Shown piece by piece: positions 37,249-50,124 of a stretch of DNA of 64,000 nucleotides. The DNA is from Felis catus (lineage: Eukaryota), in NCBI RefSeq assembly GCF_018350175.1, contig NC_058368.1, forward strand, positions 82,896,001-82,960,000, in the 5' to 3' direction. Both the position numbers and the translations under genes were made by a program. How positions within the stretch are numbered: the first letter of the stretch is position 1; each line of letters begins with the position of its first letter. Below the pieces are notes generated by a model. That model had not been told where the DNA came from and did no database searches. It saw only the letters and a program-made list of their open reading frames with translations.

Positions 37249-39125
37249 TATAATTTCAATCATATATGAAATTTAAGAAACAAAGCAGATGAACATGGGA
37301 TGGAAGCAAGAATAAGATAAAAACAGGGAGGGAAACAAACTGTAAATGACTTTTAAATAAGGAGAACACACTGAGAGTTGCTGTTGGGGTGTTCAGCGGG
37401 GGACAGACTAAATAGAAAATTGACATTAAGGAGCACACTTGGTATGAACACTGGGTATTATACGGAATTGATGAATTACTAAATTATATTTCTGAAATCA
37501 TTTTTACACTATATGTTAGCTACTTGGATTTAAATTAAAAGAATAAGAATAAGAAGCAAGAAAAATCTCAAATAAATAACTTCACCTTACATGTAAAGGA
37601 GCTAGGAAGGGAAGAATATATAAAAACATCGAACCAGCAGGAGGAAGGAAATAAAGAATAGAGTAGAAATAAAAGATATAGAAACAAGAAAAAATAGAAC
37701 AGATAGCTCAGTGAAACCAGAAGCTCGTTCTTTGGAGTGATCAACAAGATTGCTAAACCTCTATCCAGACTCATAAAAGAGAGAGAGAGAAACAGAGAGA
37801 AAGACAGATACAGAAAGAGAGGATTCAAATGAACAAAATCACTAATAAAAAAGGAGAAATAGCAACCAACACCACAGAAAAATGAACAATTGTAAGAGAA
37901 TATTATGAACGAGTATATGCCAACAAATTAGACAAACTAGAAGAAATTTATAAATTTCTATAATACTATAACCTACCAAAATTAGAAAATTTATATAGAC
38001 TAATTACCAGCAAGGAGATTGCATCAGTAATCAACTACCAACATCAACAAAAAAAGTCCCAGACAAGATGACTTCACAGGTGATTTCTATAAAACATTTA
38101 AAGAAGGATTAGTGATATCTATAGTAATCAAAACATCCAAAAAATAGAAGGAAAAATTCCAAATTCATTATTTGAGGCCAGTATCACCCTGATACCAAAA
38201 CCGGATAAAGGCACAACAAAAAGAGAGAACCACAGGTCAATATCAGTAATGAACATGGATGCAAAAATCCTAAAAAAATTATAGCAAAAATCCTAAAAAA
38301 ATCCTAAAAATTATTGTTGATCATAGAATCAACAATACATTAATAAAATAATTCATCATGATCATTGGGACTCATTTTCAGGACACAAGTATGGATCATT
38401 ATCTACAAGTCAATGTGATACAGTACATCAATGAGAGAAAGAATAAAAACCATATGATTATTACAATAGATTCAGAAAAAATTTTTGACAAAGTGCAACA
38501 TCCATTCAATGTAAAAACCCTTAAGAAAGTAGATTTGGAGGGAACATACCTCAACATAATAAAGGCCATACATGAAAAACTCACAGTGGATATTGTACTC
38601 AGTGGAGAAAAGCTGAGAGCTTTTCCTCTTCAGTCAGGCACAACACAGGGATGTCCACTCTCACTGCTTTTATTCAACATAGTACTGGAAGTCCCATCCA
38701 GAGTAATTAGACAATAACAACAAAAATAAAATAAATCAAATTATAAGGAAGAAGTAAAATTTTCACTATTTGTAGATGGCATAATACTATATATAGAAAA
38801 CAAAAAGAAAGAAAGAAACCACAGGAACTTACAAATGAATTCAGTAAAGTTGCAGGATATAAGATCAATGTAAACAAATTCATTGAAATTCTATCCACAA
38901 ACAATTAGGTAATAAAAATAGAAATTAAGAAAAGAATTTCATTTACAATTGCACTCAAAACATGCTTAGGAATAAACCTAACCAAAGAAGTGAAATACTT
39001 GTACTCAGAAAACTATAAAACAATGATGAAGGAAATTGAAAAGGACAGAAACCAAAAAATGACACACATTCCGTGTTCATGGATTGGAAGAACAAATATT
39101 GTTATAATGTCTGTACTACCAAAAC
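37249..39125 (+). mobile_element. LINE-1 3' end (37249-37560) followed by a separate ORF2 fragment
   Basis: 3'UTR with A-rich tail, then ORF2 with [10 protein letters not shown] in ORF 38358..38717. Confidence 0.85.
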
Positions 39126-39129
39126 CAAA

Positions 39130-39510
39130 TAGCACTCTACTCTGTGGCATTAAGTATTGCCAAATTATTACACAGTCATTACCAATATTAATCCCCAAGT
39201 CTCTTCTGATATTCTCAAACTGAAATTCTGTGTCCATTAATCAATAACTTTCTATTTCCTTTTTCCCCCAGCCCCTGGCAAGCGCCATTATATTTTCTGA
39301 CTCTATAAATTGTACTACTCTTCAGATAAGTAGAATTATACTGTGTGTATGTGTATGTGTGTGTGTGCTGTAACGTGTGTCAGAATTTTCTTCCATTATA
39401 AGACTGAATAATATTCCTTCCCATGCATATACACAGTTTACTCATTAACTCATTCCATCTATGGACATTTGTGTTGTTTCCACTGCAGTTGTATATGCAG
39501 GTATCTATTT
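39130..39510 (-). mobile_element. Ancient L1M-type 3' end
   Basis: cccccagcccctggcaa and aagactgaataatattcc resemble old L1M 3'UTRs. Confidence 0.65.
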
Positions 39511-39624
39511 TATGGGATTTTTTATAAAAGATATTTTATTTTGATGAGGTAAACATATACAGCATAAAATATAGTCATTTACACTAAATTTTGCTTGCAT
39601 TATGTAAAAGAAGTATATGTGTTC

Positions 39625-39738
39625 TTTTTTAACAGTTTATTTTATTTTTTAGTAATCTCTACATCCAACATGAGACTTGAGCTCACCACCCCAGAATAAG
39701 AGTAACATCCTCCTCCAATTGGGTCAGTCAGGTGTCCC
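39625..39738 (-). mobile_element. Short old Can-SINE
   Basis: T-rich tail, agtaatctctacatccaac, and cagtcaggtgtccc end. Confidence 0.75.
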
Positions 39739-41559
39739 AGAGGTATGAGTTTTTATAGAATAATTACAATAATTCACATGAATTTCTAGTTATGAAATGC
39801 AGTTTCTTATGTTATTTCTATTTGTGGTTAAGTATATTATAAAATATGAAATAAATAGATCCTAACTTTTCAAATAATGTGTGGTATCTATACATTTCCT
39901 TTATGTATTTTAGGTGAAATAAATTATAGAAACAGTCATTATAATCTTACTGATTATTTAGAGTGTGAATAATGTTTATAGTACTTAATGGAAAATAAAA
40001 TAATTGTGTCAATTAAATAAAATGAGTGGTATTTATATTTTCCCAAGATGTGATATTTATTTGTTTAATAAATTCCTATTTTTATTTTTGTAGTACACAA
40101 CTAAAACTATTTGCCACAAATTGGAATGTATATAAACCTACACAAATAGGATTCCAAAGGATAATTTCTAACAAAATTGACTATGGATACAAAGTGTAGT
40201 GTAGTAATTTGTGTGGTGTACACAAAGTGTAGTAATTTAAAATGAGGAATCAACTTATCCTTCATTTAAAATATCTACAATGGAATTAAATAGAATAATG
40301 AAAACTGAGCATTGACTAGTGTAGCAATGTGAAAATTTAATGCTTTAATTTTTTTTTCATTTTTGCTATGGTTTGACATTAGAGATTTTTTTGTCTCTTT
40401 TCTGTTTCCATAGTATTTCTCTTACAATGGTGCTAAAACTGTTATACTGTTACTTTAAACCACAAATTCCTCTCTTTTCAATGTTGTTAAAGGCACAAAT
40501 ACATTGTCTACTTTTTCTCATAGAGTAATAGTAGAATATTTAGGAGGCTGTCTATAATTTTCCCTTCTATATTTTTCTGATCCCTGTTGCCATTAGTGAG
40601 TATTAAAATTATAAGTCTTCTTCCCCAGGATACTGGGAAGATTAATCAATGTTTTCTGTAAAAAATAAAATAGGAACCCCTAGGTCATTTATTTGACTAT
40701 TGATAAATTAGTACAAAAATTTAAATCTGATTCAACTGTCCTTCACTTTATTGCTTCAGATTGTAAGAGAGATAACATAGTAAATTTTATATTTAAAACT
40801 GTATAGAGGGTTTCGTATAACTGAAGAATTTCTGGAGTTCAAAATTAAAAATAAAATACTAAATATTAGTTAGTGTGACCTACTCACACAAAAATGATAA
40901 TTCCCAACAGGCTGGATCTGCATCACCTTTGAGCAGCATTATCCTAAACATGTTTCCTTGTCTGGCAACATCAAACTTGTTCATATTAGTGTCCAGAATA
41001 AACTATTCAAGGGCATGGTCTATTGACATCTTTTGCTAAAAATATTTCTTTTTCTAATAATATGCTAGTGCCTCATAAGTATTACTCCAGGTGCCAATGA
41101 TGTTTAATTTTTAAGGATTTTAGAGATTTCAAGAACTTAAATATACTTTCCTCTTCCCTTTCAGAAAACTGTGGTTCATTAAAATAAGAGATAATCATTT
41201 ACAAAGAAAAGTAAAGTATACATAAATGGTCTTGGAAAGGAATGTGATTTAAAAATATATTAAAGTGTAGATCTATCTGGTTTTGGAATTACTTGTTTAA
41301 ATTTTGCATGGTAAAATTCAGCTTTTTTCTTTTTGTGAACTTAGCTTCAGTTTGTTTCTATATATATTATATTTTATAGTTTATATGTTTGTTTCTAAGT
41401 AATAAAATATATGATTACAAAAATACAAGCTACAGCAGATTGAATTTATTATGCCAATCACTTTGCAATTTGATTCTATACTGGCTGGCTTTTTATCAAT
41501 TTGTAGTTTATTTTTTCAATTTCCAGGAAATCTTTAGCTCTTGGGTTCCTTTTTACCAC

Positions 41560-41992
41560 TCTTGTGACACCTTGACTTTCCTGTGTAAATATAAGTATCA
41601 CTTTCCACATTTTTGAGATTAATTCCCTTCACCCGTTTTCCCACCCCCGAACACTTTTCCTTCTGAAAACTACCAATCTGTTCTCTGTATCTGTATGATT
41701 TTGCTTTGTTTGTTTTTGATTCCACTTTATAAGAGAAATCACATGGTGTTGTCTTTCTATGACATTTTAATAAAAATAATGATCTGAGGTCTATTTATGT
41801 CATCTCAGATGGCAAGATTTTCATTTCTTATGTTTAAGTAGTATTCCATTGTGCTTGTGTATGTGTCCCATATCTTGCTTATTATGAATAATTTGACACT
41901 AAGCATAGGGGTGTACATATCTTTTTAGATTGGTGCTTTGTTTTCCTCAGATAAATACGCAGAAGTGGAAGAGCTGGATCATATGGTAGTTC
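41560..41992 (-). mobile_element. Old LINE-1 3' fragment
   Basis: ELPYDPALPLLRIY in ORF 41882..42124; antisense 3'UTR motifs. Confidence 0.8.
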
Positions 41993-42705
41993 TGAGACAG
42001 AACAGGGCAGGGAGAAGGGAATTAACTCCTGTAAAGCCACTGGTCTGAGGCAAGGGTTAAAAGTTTCCTTATACTTAGAGATAAATACCTTCTGGGAAAG
42101 ATACCAAGTGAGAAATAACAGCAATCAAGCAGTAATTGTTGTCTGGGCAAAATTAGAAGTGACAATTTAAAGACCACTTTCACAAGCATTTCTATTTTCC
42201 AGGAGCCATAAACAATGTTGACCATGAAGAAAGGCATCCTGTGATTGTCTTATGTCCACTAACAAGTAACAACTATGAGATAATGACTGTAGGACTGAAG
42301 AACACTTCCTCACTCATTGTCTCTAGCCCTTTGAAAAAGGTCCTTTAAAAGACTTACAAACTAACCCTTCCAAGAAGTGACATTCCTCTTTCTTTTCCAC
42401 TCCCTTGTATTCAAGCTATCTCTAATAAACTCCACCCCTTTTATTTCTCTTCAAAGTTCACTTTTTTAAATTTTTATTTATTTTTGAGAGAGAGAGAGAG
42501 AGAGAATGAGCAGGGGAGGTGCACAGAGAGAGGCACAGAAGATCTGAAGTGAGTTCTGTGCCAACAATCAGAGAGTCTTAATGCAGGGATTGAATTCACA
42601 AACCGCAAATCATGACCTGAGCTGAAGTCTCTCAACTGACTGAGTTACCCAGGTTTCCCCGGCATTCATTTTTATGGCAGTGAGACTCAAGAACCTGGTT
42701 CTTGT
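41993..42705 (+). mobile_element. ERV1-like LTR interrupted by an antisense SINE; 3' end unclear
   Basis: Starts TGagacag where the L1 breaks; aataaa at ~42424; gagactcaagaacc near the end. Confidence 0.6.
42462..42660 (-). mobile_element. Can-SINE
   Basis: T-rich tail, (GA)n, ending acccaggtttcccc. Confidence 0.85.
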
Positions 42706-42920
42706 AGGTTGTTGTGCTGGGTGTGGTTTTTGGAGAGATTACATGTCTGATTCTCCTATTCACCTTGTTACAGTGCTTTTACCCTTTGATGTAAAGTGAC
42801 CTAAGTTAGTTTTTACTGTTTTTTTCCAATGGAAAATTTTCCATATGATACCGTAGATATTGGTGTGTCCATGGAGGAGGTGAGTTCAGGGTCTTCCTAT
42901 GCTGCCATCTTGGATGGCCT
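42706..42920 (-). mobile_element. Old LINE-1 5' terminus
   Basis: Minus strand reads ccaagatggcagcataggaagaccctgaactcacctcctcc. Confidence 0.7.
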
Positions 42921-43179
42921 TCCTTATTGATATTGTTTGTATATATTTCTTGAATGTACTTACAATAAAAGAGCTTACTATAAAATAATTGATTCTTTTA
43001 CTTTTTTATCCTTTTAAGTAGTTCGTTCATGAGTATTATTGTAATTTCCTCCAATTTATGATGAATTTATCACTCATCATGGAAAAATGGAATAATTGTG
43101 TGTATAATCATTAAGTATATATATAATTTATTATATAATACAAATTAAGATACATAATTAATTAATTAATACATGCACG

Positions 43180-44598
43180 CACTATTTTTGTGCCAGTACC
43201 TACTGGTTTGATTACTACAGCTTCGTAATATAACTTGAAGTCTGGAATTGTGATGCCTCCAGGATTGGTTTTCTTTTACAAGATTGCTTCAGCTATTTGA
43301 GATCTTTTATGGATCCTTACATATTTTAGAATTGATCTAGTCCTGTAAAACTCTTATTGGTATTTTGATAGGGATTGCATTAAATATGTAGATTGTTCTG
43401 GTCAGTATAGAAATTTTAACAATATTTGTTCTTCCAATCAATGAGTATGGAATGTCTCCCAGTTCTTTGCATTATCTTGAATTTCATTGTATTTTATATT
43501 TTTTAATGTTTATGTCTGAGAGACAGAAGAGCAGGGGAGGGGCAGAGAGAGAGAGAGAGAGGGAGAGAGAGAATCTCAAGCAGGCTCCAAGCTCTTCAGC
43601 TCAGAGCTTGACAGAGGGCTTGAACCCAGAAACTGTCAAATCATGACCTGAGCCGAAATCAAGAGTCAGATGCTTAGGGCGCCTGGATGACTCAGTTAAG
43701 TGTCTGACTACAGCTCAAGTCATGATCTCATGGTTCATGAGTTCAAGCCTCAAGTTGATCTCTGTCCTGACAGCTCAGAGCCTGGAGCCTGCTTCACATA
43801 CCATGTCTCCCTTTCTCTTTGTTCCTCCCCCACTCATGCTGTCTTTCTCTCTTTCTCCTAAAAATAAATATTAAAAAAAAGAGTCAGGGGCACCTGGGTG
43901 GCTCAGTCGGTTAAGCGGCCGACTTCGGCTCAGGTAATGATCTCGCGGTCTGTGAGTTCCAGCCCCATGTCAGGCTCTGTGCTGACAGCTCAGAGCCTGG
44001 AGCCTGTTTTGGATTCTGTGTCTCCCTCTCTCTGACCCTCCCCCGTTCATGCTCTCTTTCTCTGTCTCAAAAATAAATAAACGTTAAAAAAAAAGAGTCA
44101 GATGCTTAACTGAGTGAGCCATCCAGCTGCCCCCATATTTTATAGTTTTCACTGTACAGGTCTTTCCCCACTTTGGTTAGTTTATTCCCAAGTATTTTAT
44201 TGTTTTTGGTGCAATTGAATCCTTAATTTCACTTCATTACTAGTATATAAGAATGCAACAGATTTCTGTACAAAGAGAGGGAGAGAGAGAATACCAAGCT
44301 GCTGACTCCACACTGTCAGCATATAACCAGACACAGGGCTCAAACTCATGAACTCTGAATCATGACCTGAGACAAAATCAAGGGTCAGAAACTTTACTGA
44401 ATGAGCTCCTGGCACCCCTATCAATTTTGTTAATTTTTCAATAAACCAGCCCATGGTATCATTGATATCCTTTATGTTTTTAGTTGTATATACCTTATTT
44501 CTGCTCCAATCTTTATTATTTACTTACTTTTTCTGTGTTTGGGTTTTGTTTGTTCTCTTTTTTCTAGCTTCTTTAGGTTTAATGTTAAGATGTTTATT
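43180..44598 (-). mobile_element. LINE-1 ORF2 fragments (antisense) carrying a SINE cluster
   Basis: tttttgtgccagtacc...gattactacagc is antisense ORF2; SINEs at 43495-44134 and ~44275-44419. Confidence 0.8.
43495..44134. mobile_element. Three nested Can-SINEs (A antisense; B 43677-43880 and C 43887-44092 sense)
   Basis: TSD aagagtcagatgctta flanks B; C sits within B's right TSD, with aaaagagtca duplicated. Confidence 0.9.
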
Positions 44599-44599
44599 T

Positions 44600-47500
44600 G
44601 ATGACAGAAAAACTATGCAGCCAAGAATCCTTTATCCAGCAACTCTGTCATTCAGAATAGAAGGAGAGATTAAGCTTTTACCAAACAAAAAAAAAAAGAA
44701 GGAATTAATCCCCACTAATCCCGCCCTACAGGAGATCCTAAGGGGGATTCTGTAAGTGAAATGTTGCATGGACCACAGAGTGCCAGAGACATCACTACAA
44801 GCATGAAACCTACAGACATCACAATGAGTCTAAACCCAAATCTTTCAATAATAACACTGAATGTAAATGGTTGGACTCCAACCAAAAGACATAGGGTATC
44901 AGAGTGAATAATAAAACAAGACCCATCTATTTGCTGTCTATAAGAGACTCAGTTTAGACCTGAGGAAACCTGCAGAATGAAAGTGAGGGGATGGAAAACT
45001 ATCAATCATGCTCCTGGAAGTCGAAACAAACCTGGAGTAGCCATACTTATATCGGACAAACTAGACTTTAAATTAAAGGCTGAGGGGCACCTGGGTGGCT
45101 CAGTTTTTTGAGCATCCGACTTCGGCTCAGGTCATGATCTGGTGATCTGTGAGTTCGAGCCCCGTGTCGGGCTCTGTGCTGACAGCTCAGAGCCTGAAAC
45201 CTCTTTCAGATTCTGTGTCTTCCTCTCTCCCTGACCCTCCCCTGTTCATGCTCTGTCTCTCTCTGTCTCAAAAATAAATAAACGTTAAAAAAGGTTTTAA
45301 AAAAGGCTGTAACAGGCTGCCTGGGTGGCTCAGTTGGTTAAGGGTCCGACTTCAGCTCAGGTCATAAACTCACGGCTTGTGAGTTCATGCCCTGTGTCGG
45401 GCTCTGAGCTGACACCTCAGAGCCTGGAGCCTGTTTCATGCTCTATGTCTCCCTCTCTGTGCATTCCACACTTATAAGTCTCTCTCTGTCCTTCAAAAAT
45501 AGACATTAAAAATATTTTAAAAATAAAATAAATACATTAAAGGCTGTAACAAGAGAGATGAAGAAGGGCATTATATAATAATTACAGGGTCTATCCATCA
45601 GGAAAATTTAACAAATATAAAAGTCTATGTGACAAATATAGGAGCCTCCAAATATATAAAATAATTAATCATAAACATAAGCAACCATATTGTTAAGAAT
45701 GTGGCAATTGCAGGGGACTTTAATACTCCACATACAACAATGGATAGATCATCTAGACAGAGGATCAATAAAGAAACAAAGGCCCTGAATGATACATTGG
45801 ATCAGATGGACTTGACAAATATATTTAGAACTCTGCATCCCAAGGAACCAGAACATAATTTCATCTCGAGCGCACATGGAACATTCTCCAAGTTAGATCA
45901 CATTCTGGGTCACAAAACAGCCCTTCATAAGTATGAAAGAATTGCGATCATATCATGCACACTTTCAGACCACTATGCTATGAAACTTGAAAACAACCAC
46001 AGGAAAAAGTCTGGAAAACCTCCAAAAGCATGGAAGTTAAAGAACACCCTACTAATGAATGAATGGGTCAAGCAGGCAATTAGAGAAGTAATTAAATATA
46101 TTGAAACAAATGAAAATGGAAATACAACAGTCCAAACGCTTTGGGATGTAGGGAAGGCAGTCGTGAGAGGAAAATACATTGCAATGCAGGCCTATCTCAA
46201 GAAACAAGAAAAATCCCGAATACAAAATCTAACAGCACACCTAAAGGAAATAGAAGCAGAACAGCAAAGACACCCAAAACCCAGCAGAAGAAGACAAATA
46301 ACAAAGATCAGAGCAGAAATACACAATATAGAATTAAAAAAAAAAGTAGAGCAGATCAATGAAACCAAGAGTTGTTTATTTGAAAAAAATAAACAAAATT
46401 TATAAACCTCTAGCCAGGCTTCTAAAAAACAAAAGGGAGATCACCCAAATAGCAAAAAATCATGAATGAAAATGGAATTATTGCAACCAATCCCTCAGAA
46501 ATACAAGCAATTATCAGGGAATACTATGGAAAATGATATGCCAACAAACTGGACAACCTGGAAGAAATGGACAAATTCCTAAGAACACACACTTCCAATA
46601 CTCACACAGGAAGAAATGGAAAAAAATTGAACAGACCCATAAACATCAAAGAAATTGAATCAGTTATCAAAAGTCTCCAAACAAGTAAGAGTCCAGGACC
46701 AGATGGTTTCCCAGGGGAATTCTAAGACATTTAAAGCCGATATCATACCTACCCATCTCAAGCTCTTCCAAAAAATAGAAAGGGAAGGAAAACTTCCAGA
46801 TTCATTCTTTGAAGCCAACATTACTTTGATTCCCAAATGAGAGACCCAGCAAAAAAGAGAACTACAAGCCATTATCCCTGATGAATATGGATGCAAAATT
46901 TCTCAACAAGATACTAGTAAATTGAATTCAACAGCAAATAAAAACAACTATTCACCATGATCAAGTGGGATTCATTCATGTGCTGCAGAGCTGGTTCAAT
47001 TTTGCAAATAAGTCAATGTGATACATCATATTGATAAAAGAAAAGATAAGCATATGATCCTGTCAATCTGCAGAAAAACAATTTACAAAATTCAGCATCC
47101 TTTCTTAATAAAACTCTCGAGAGAGTAAGGAAAGAAGGAGCATACTTAAACATTGTAAAAGCCATTAATGAAAGTCCACAGCTAATACCATCCTCAATGG
47201 GGAAAAACTGAGAGCTTTCTCCCTGAGATCAGGAACACGACAGGGATGTCCACTTTCACCACTGTTTAACATAGTGTTGGAAGTTCTAGCATCAGCAATC
47301 AGAAACAAAAGGAAATCAAAAGCATCAAAAATGGAAAAGATGAAGTCAAGCCTTTACTTTTTGCAGATGACATGATATTACACATGGAAAACCTGATAGA
47401 TTCCACGAAAAGTCTGCTAGAACTGACACATGAATTCAGGAAAGTCACAGAATACAAAATTAATGTACAGAAATAAGTTGCATTCTTATACACTAACAAT

Positions 47501-47987
47501 GAAGCAACAGAAAGACAAAGAAACTAATCCAATTCACAATTGCATCAAGAAGCATAAAATACCTAGGAATAAACTTAACCAAAGATGTAGAAATTTGTAT
47601 GCTGAAAACTATAAAAAGTGCATGAAGGAAATTGAAGAAGATATAAAGAAATGGAAAAACATTCCATGCTAATGGATTGGAAGAATAAATATTGTCAAAA
47701 TGTCAATACTACCCAAAGCTATCTACACATTCAATGCAATCCCAATCAAAATTGCACCAGCATTCTTCTCAAAGCTAGAACACACCATCCTAAAATTTGT
47801 GTGGAACCACAAAAGACCCCAAAGAGCCAAAGTAATATTGAAGAAGAAGACCAAAGCGGGAGTCATCACAATCCCAGGCTTTAGCCTCTACTACAAAGCT
47901 GTCATCAAGACAGCATGGTATTGGCACAAATCAGACACATAGACCAATGGAATAGAATTGAAACCCCAGAATTAGACCCACAAATGG
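44600..47987 (+). mobile_element. LINE-1 from ORF1 end through most of ORF2, inactive
   Basis: MQPRILYPA...LQEILRGIL* ORF1 end; IAGDFNTP endonuclease motif; RT region; stops at gacccacaaatgg. Confidence 0.93.
45084..45538 (+). mobile_element. Two adjacent Can-SINEs (45084-45305 and 45315-45538)
   Basis: Two SINE heads; TSDs aaaggctg and ttaaaggctgtaaca. Confidence 0.92.
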
Positions 47988-49090
47988 GTCTTCCCCATTT
48001 AGAATGGGTATTCCAAAGAATAGTCATTCTTTGTTCCTTCCTTCTTCCATTTTATGATCTCAGTGTCATGAATTCAAGACCTGCATTGGGCTTTGCACTG
48101 AGGGTGAAGCCTGTTAAATACATACATACATACATACATACATACAGGAAAACAATGCCAAAAATAAAAAAAAACATTGCAGTCAATTAGAAGCTGTTCT
48201 TTGGAAAGAATCTGCCCATACATTGCCTTACTTAATGACCTCTACTCTGACATGACACTACTACCTATTTACATACTCAGAAATTTTCTTTTTTATCCAC
48301 AATCAATAGTCTTTATGGCAGGATCCATGGTAAAGAAAAAGTCTATTCTCGCTACTATAAAACACTCATAATTATTTTATTTTCATTAGATACATTGACA
48401 TCCTAGATGTGTACTTAGCTGTTTTTCATATTTAATCCACTCTGAAAAGTTAACAAAATTAAGAATGGCAGAAGTGTAGATGATATTTCAAAGACTAGTA
48501 TGGTTAAGGACAGGGACACAGTATAGTCACAAGAAAGATTAAATAGAATTGTGGCAAAAAATATGTAGATAAGCTTGTACATATAAGAAAAAAGCCAGGT
48601 GTGTGCATTTATTCAATAGTCTATACATCTATAATGTGTAATTTAGGGTGTACAATTGGTTTTCCATGAGGTACTGTGAAATATTAAAGGAATAATTCCA
48701 ATAATATATCTCCAGGTGTTTTGGGGGAAGCCAGTAGTAGATTTATATCATATATTTTTGGATTATATATTTTAAATATAAAGTTGCTAAAGATATTACT
48801 CAAGACTATCTCATTCTCTTTATTAAAAAATAAAATTTCTATGCTTCTATTACCTGCACCAGTTCTGCAAATGAGTGAGAAAAGAATTGGATGTTATAAA
48901 TAATGGACAATTTCCTGCAGGACAATTGCCAGAGGTGAATTCATTACAAGATATCCATATAGGAAACTGCTAACTTCCTGGGACTAGGGAAAAGAGACTT
49001 CCCCTGCTGGCAAGACAAGATCAGTGGGATTTCGGTGTTCAAGGTATTTAGATTTTTTAATGTACTTGGATGTCTCCATTTCAATTTGTC

Positions 49091-49302
49091 TTTTTTTTTT
49101 TTAACGTTTTATTTATTTTAGAGACAGAGAGAGACAGAGCATAAACGGGGGAGGGCCAGAGAGGGAGACACAGATTCTGAAACAGGCTCCAGGCTCTGAG
49201 CTGTCAGCACAGAGCCTGACGCGGGGCTCGAACTCACAGACCGTGAGATCATGACCTGAGTCGAAGTCAGATGCTTAAACGACTGAGCCACCGAGGTGCC
49301 CC
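49091..49302 (-). mobile_element. Feline-type Can-SINE
   Basis: TSD tcaatttgtcttt on both sides; well-preserved body. Confidence 0.95.
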
Positions 49303-50124
49303 TCAATTTGTCTTTTCAGTGTCCAATATTGCATAAGTCTTGCTGAGGAAGTAAATTCAGCTTGTTTTATATTTTAGGTCATCTCTGTTACAGGATATTT
49401 ATTCTCTTTTGTTCACAAATCCTTGCCTCAAGAAAAAAGTATTTTTGTTCCAGGATAGTCATTAAAGTTCTTTGGTTTTCTGAACCTTTGATTAAAGGAC
49501 TGAGTTTGTCATTTCCTTCTTACAATTGAATTTCTAAAATCAAAACAATATACTCCAGTTCACAAAGAGTGGGTTCTTTATTTCTACCATAATTTTTCTT
49601 ATAGGAGTAAGAATTTCATCCTAAATCTTACTTTTGTCACAATTGATTTTCACCAATTACTAGTGATGATTCAATTTTTTTTTGTCACAGTATACTCTGG
49701 AATAGTAGTGTCCAGTTTTTTACTGATAACTATTATATCATCTTATTTCATCTAATCAGATTAGATGATCAATTTCAGATTCCTGTCTTTGAGGTTCTTC
49801 TTCCTAGAGACACCTTCTGGTAACAAATATTGTGAAACTGCAATATTCTGTAAACAAAATCCATTAATGGTTTACCCAGCGTAATTGATTTTACCATAAT
49901 GATTTAGATGCTTATTTGTACTTTATAAGGGCTGGTAGAGTGAAGGCTATATTTGGGTGGTGTTGATAAGTCACCTGGAGGCTGCTGCAAATCTCAGGAT
50001 GTATGTGATCTCCCACTGATGGTTTTGATTTCTAGCACCAATATTTCCTAGAAGCTCACCTGGAAGCTGATTTAAAACTTACATCTGCCTACACATCTGC
50101 TTTTCTCAAAGAGTAACTCCATTT

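Noticed and set aside
48976..48995. 18-bp inverted match (ttttccctagtcccagga) to ~22842
   Set aside because: The flanks do not align, and one such match in 64 kb is compatible with chance.
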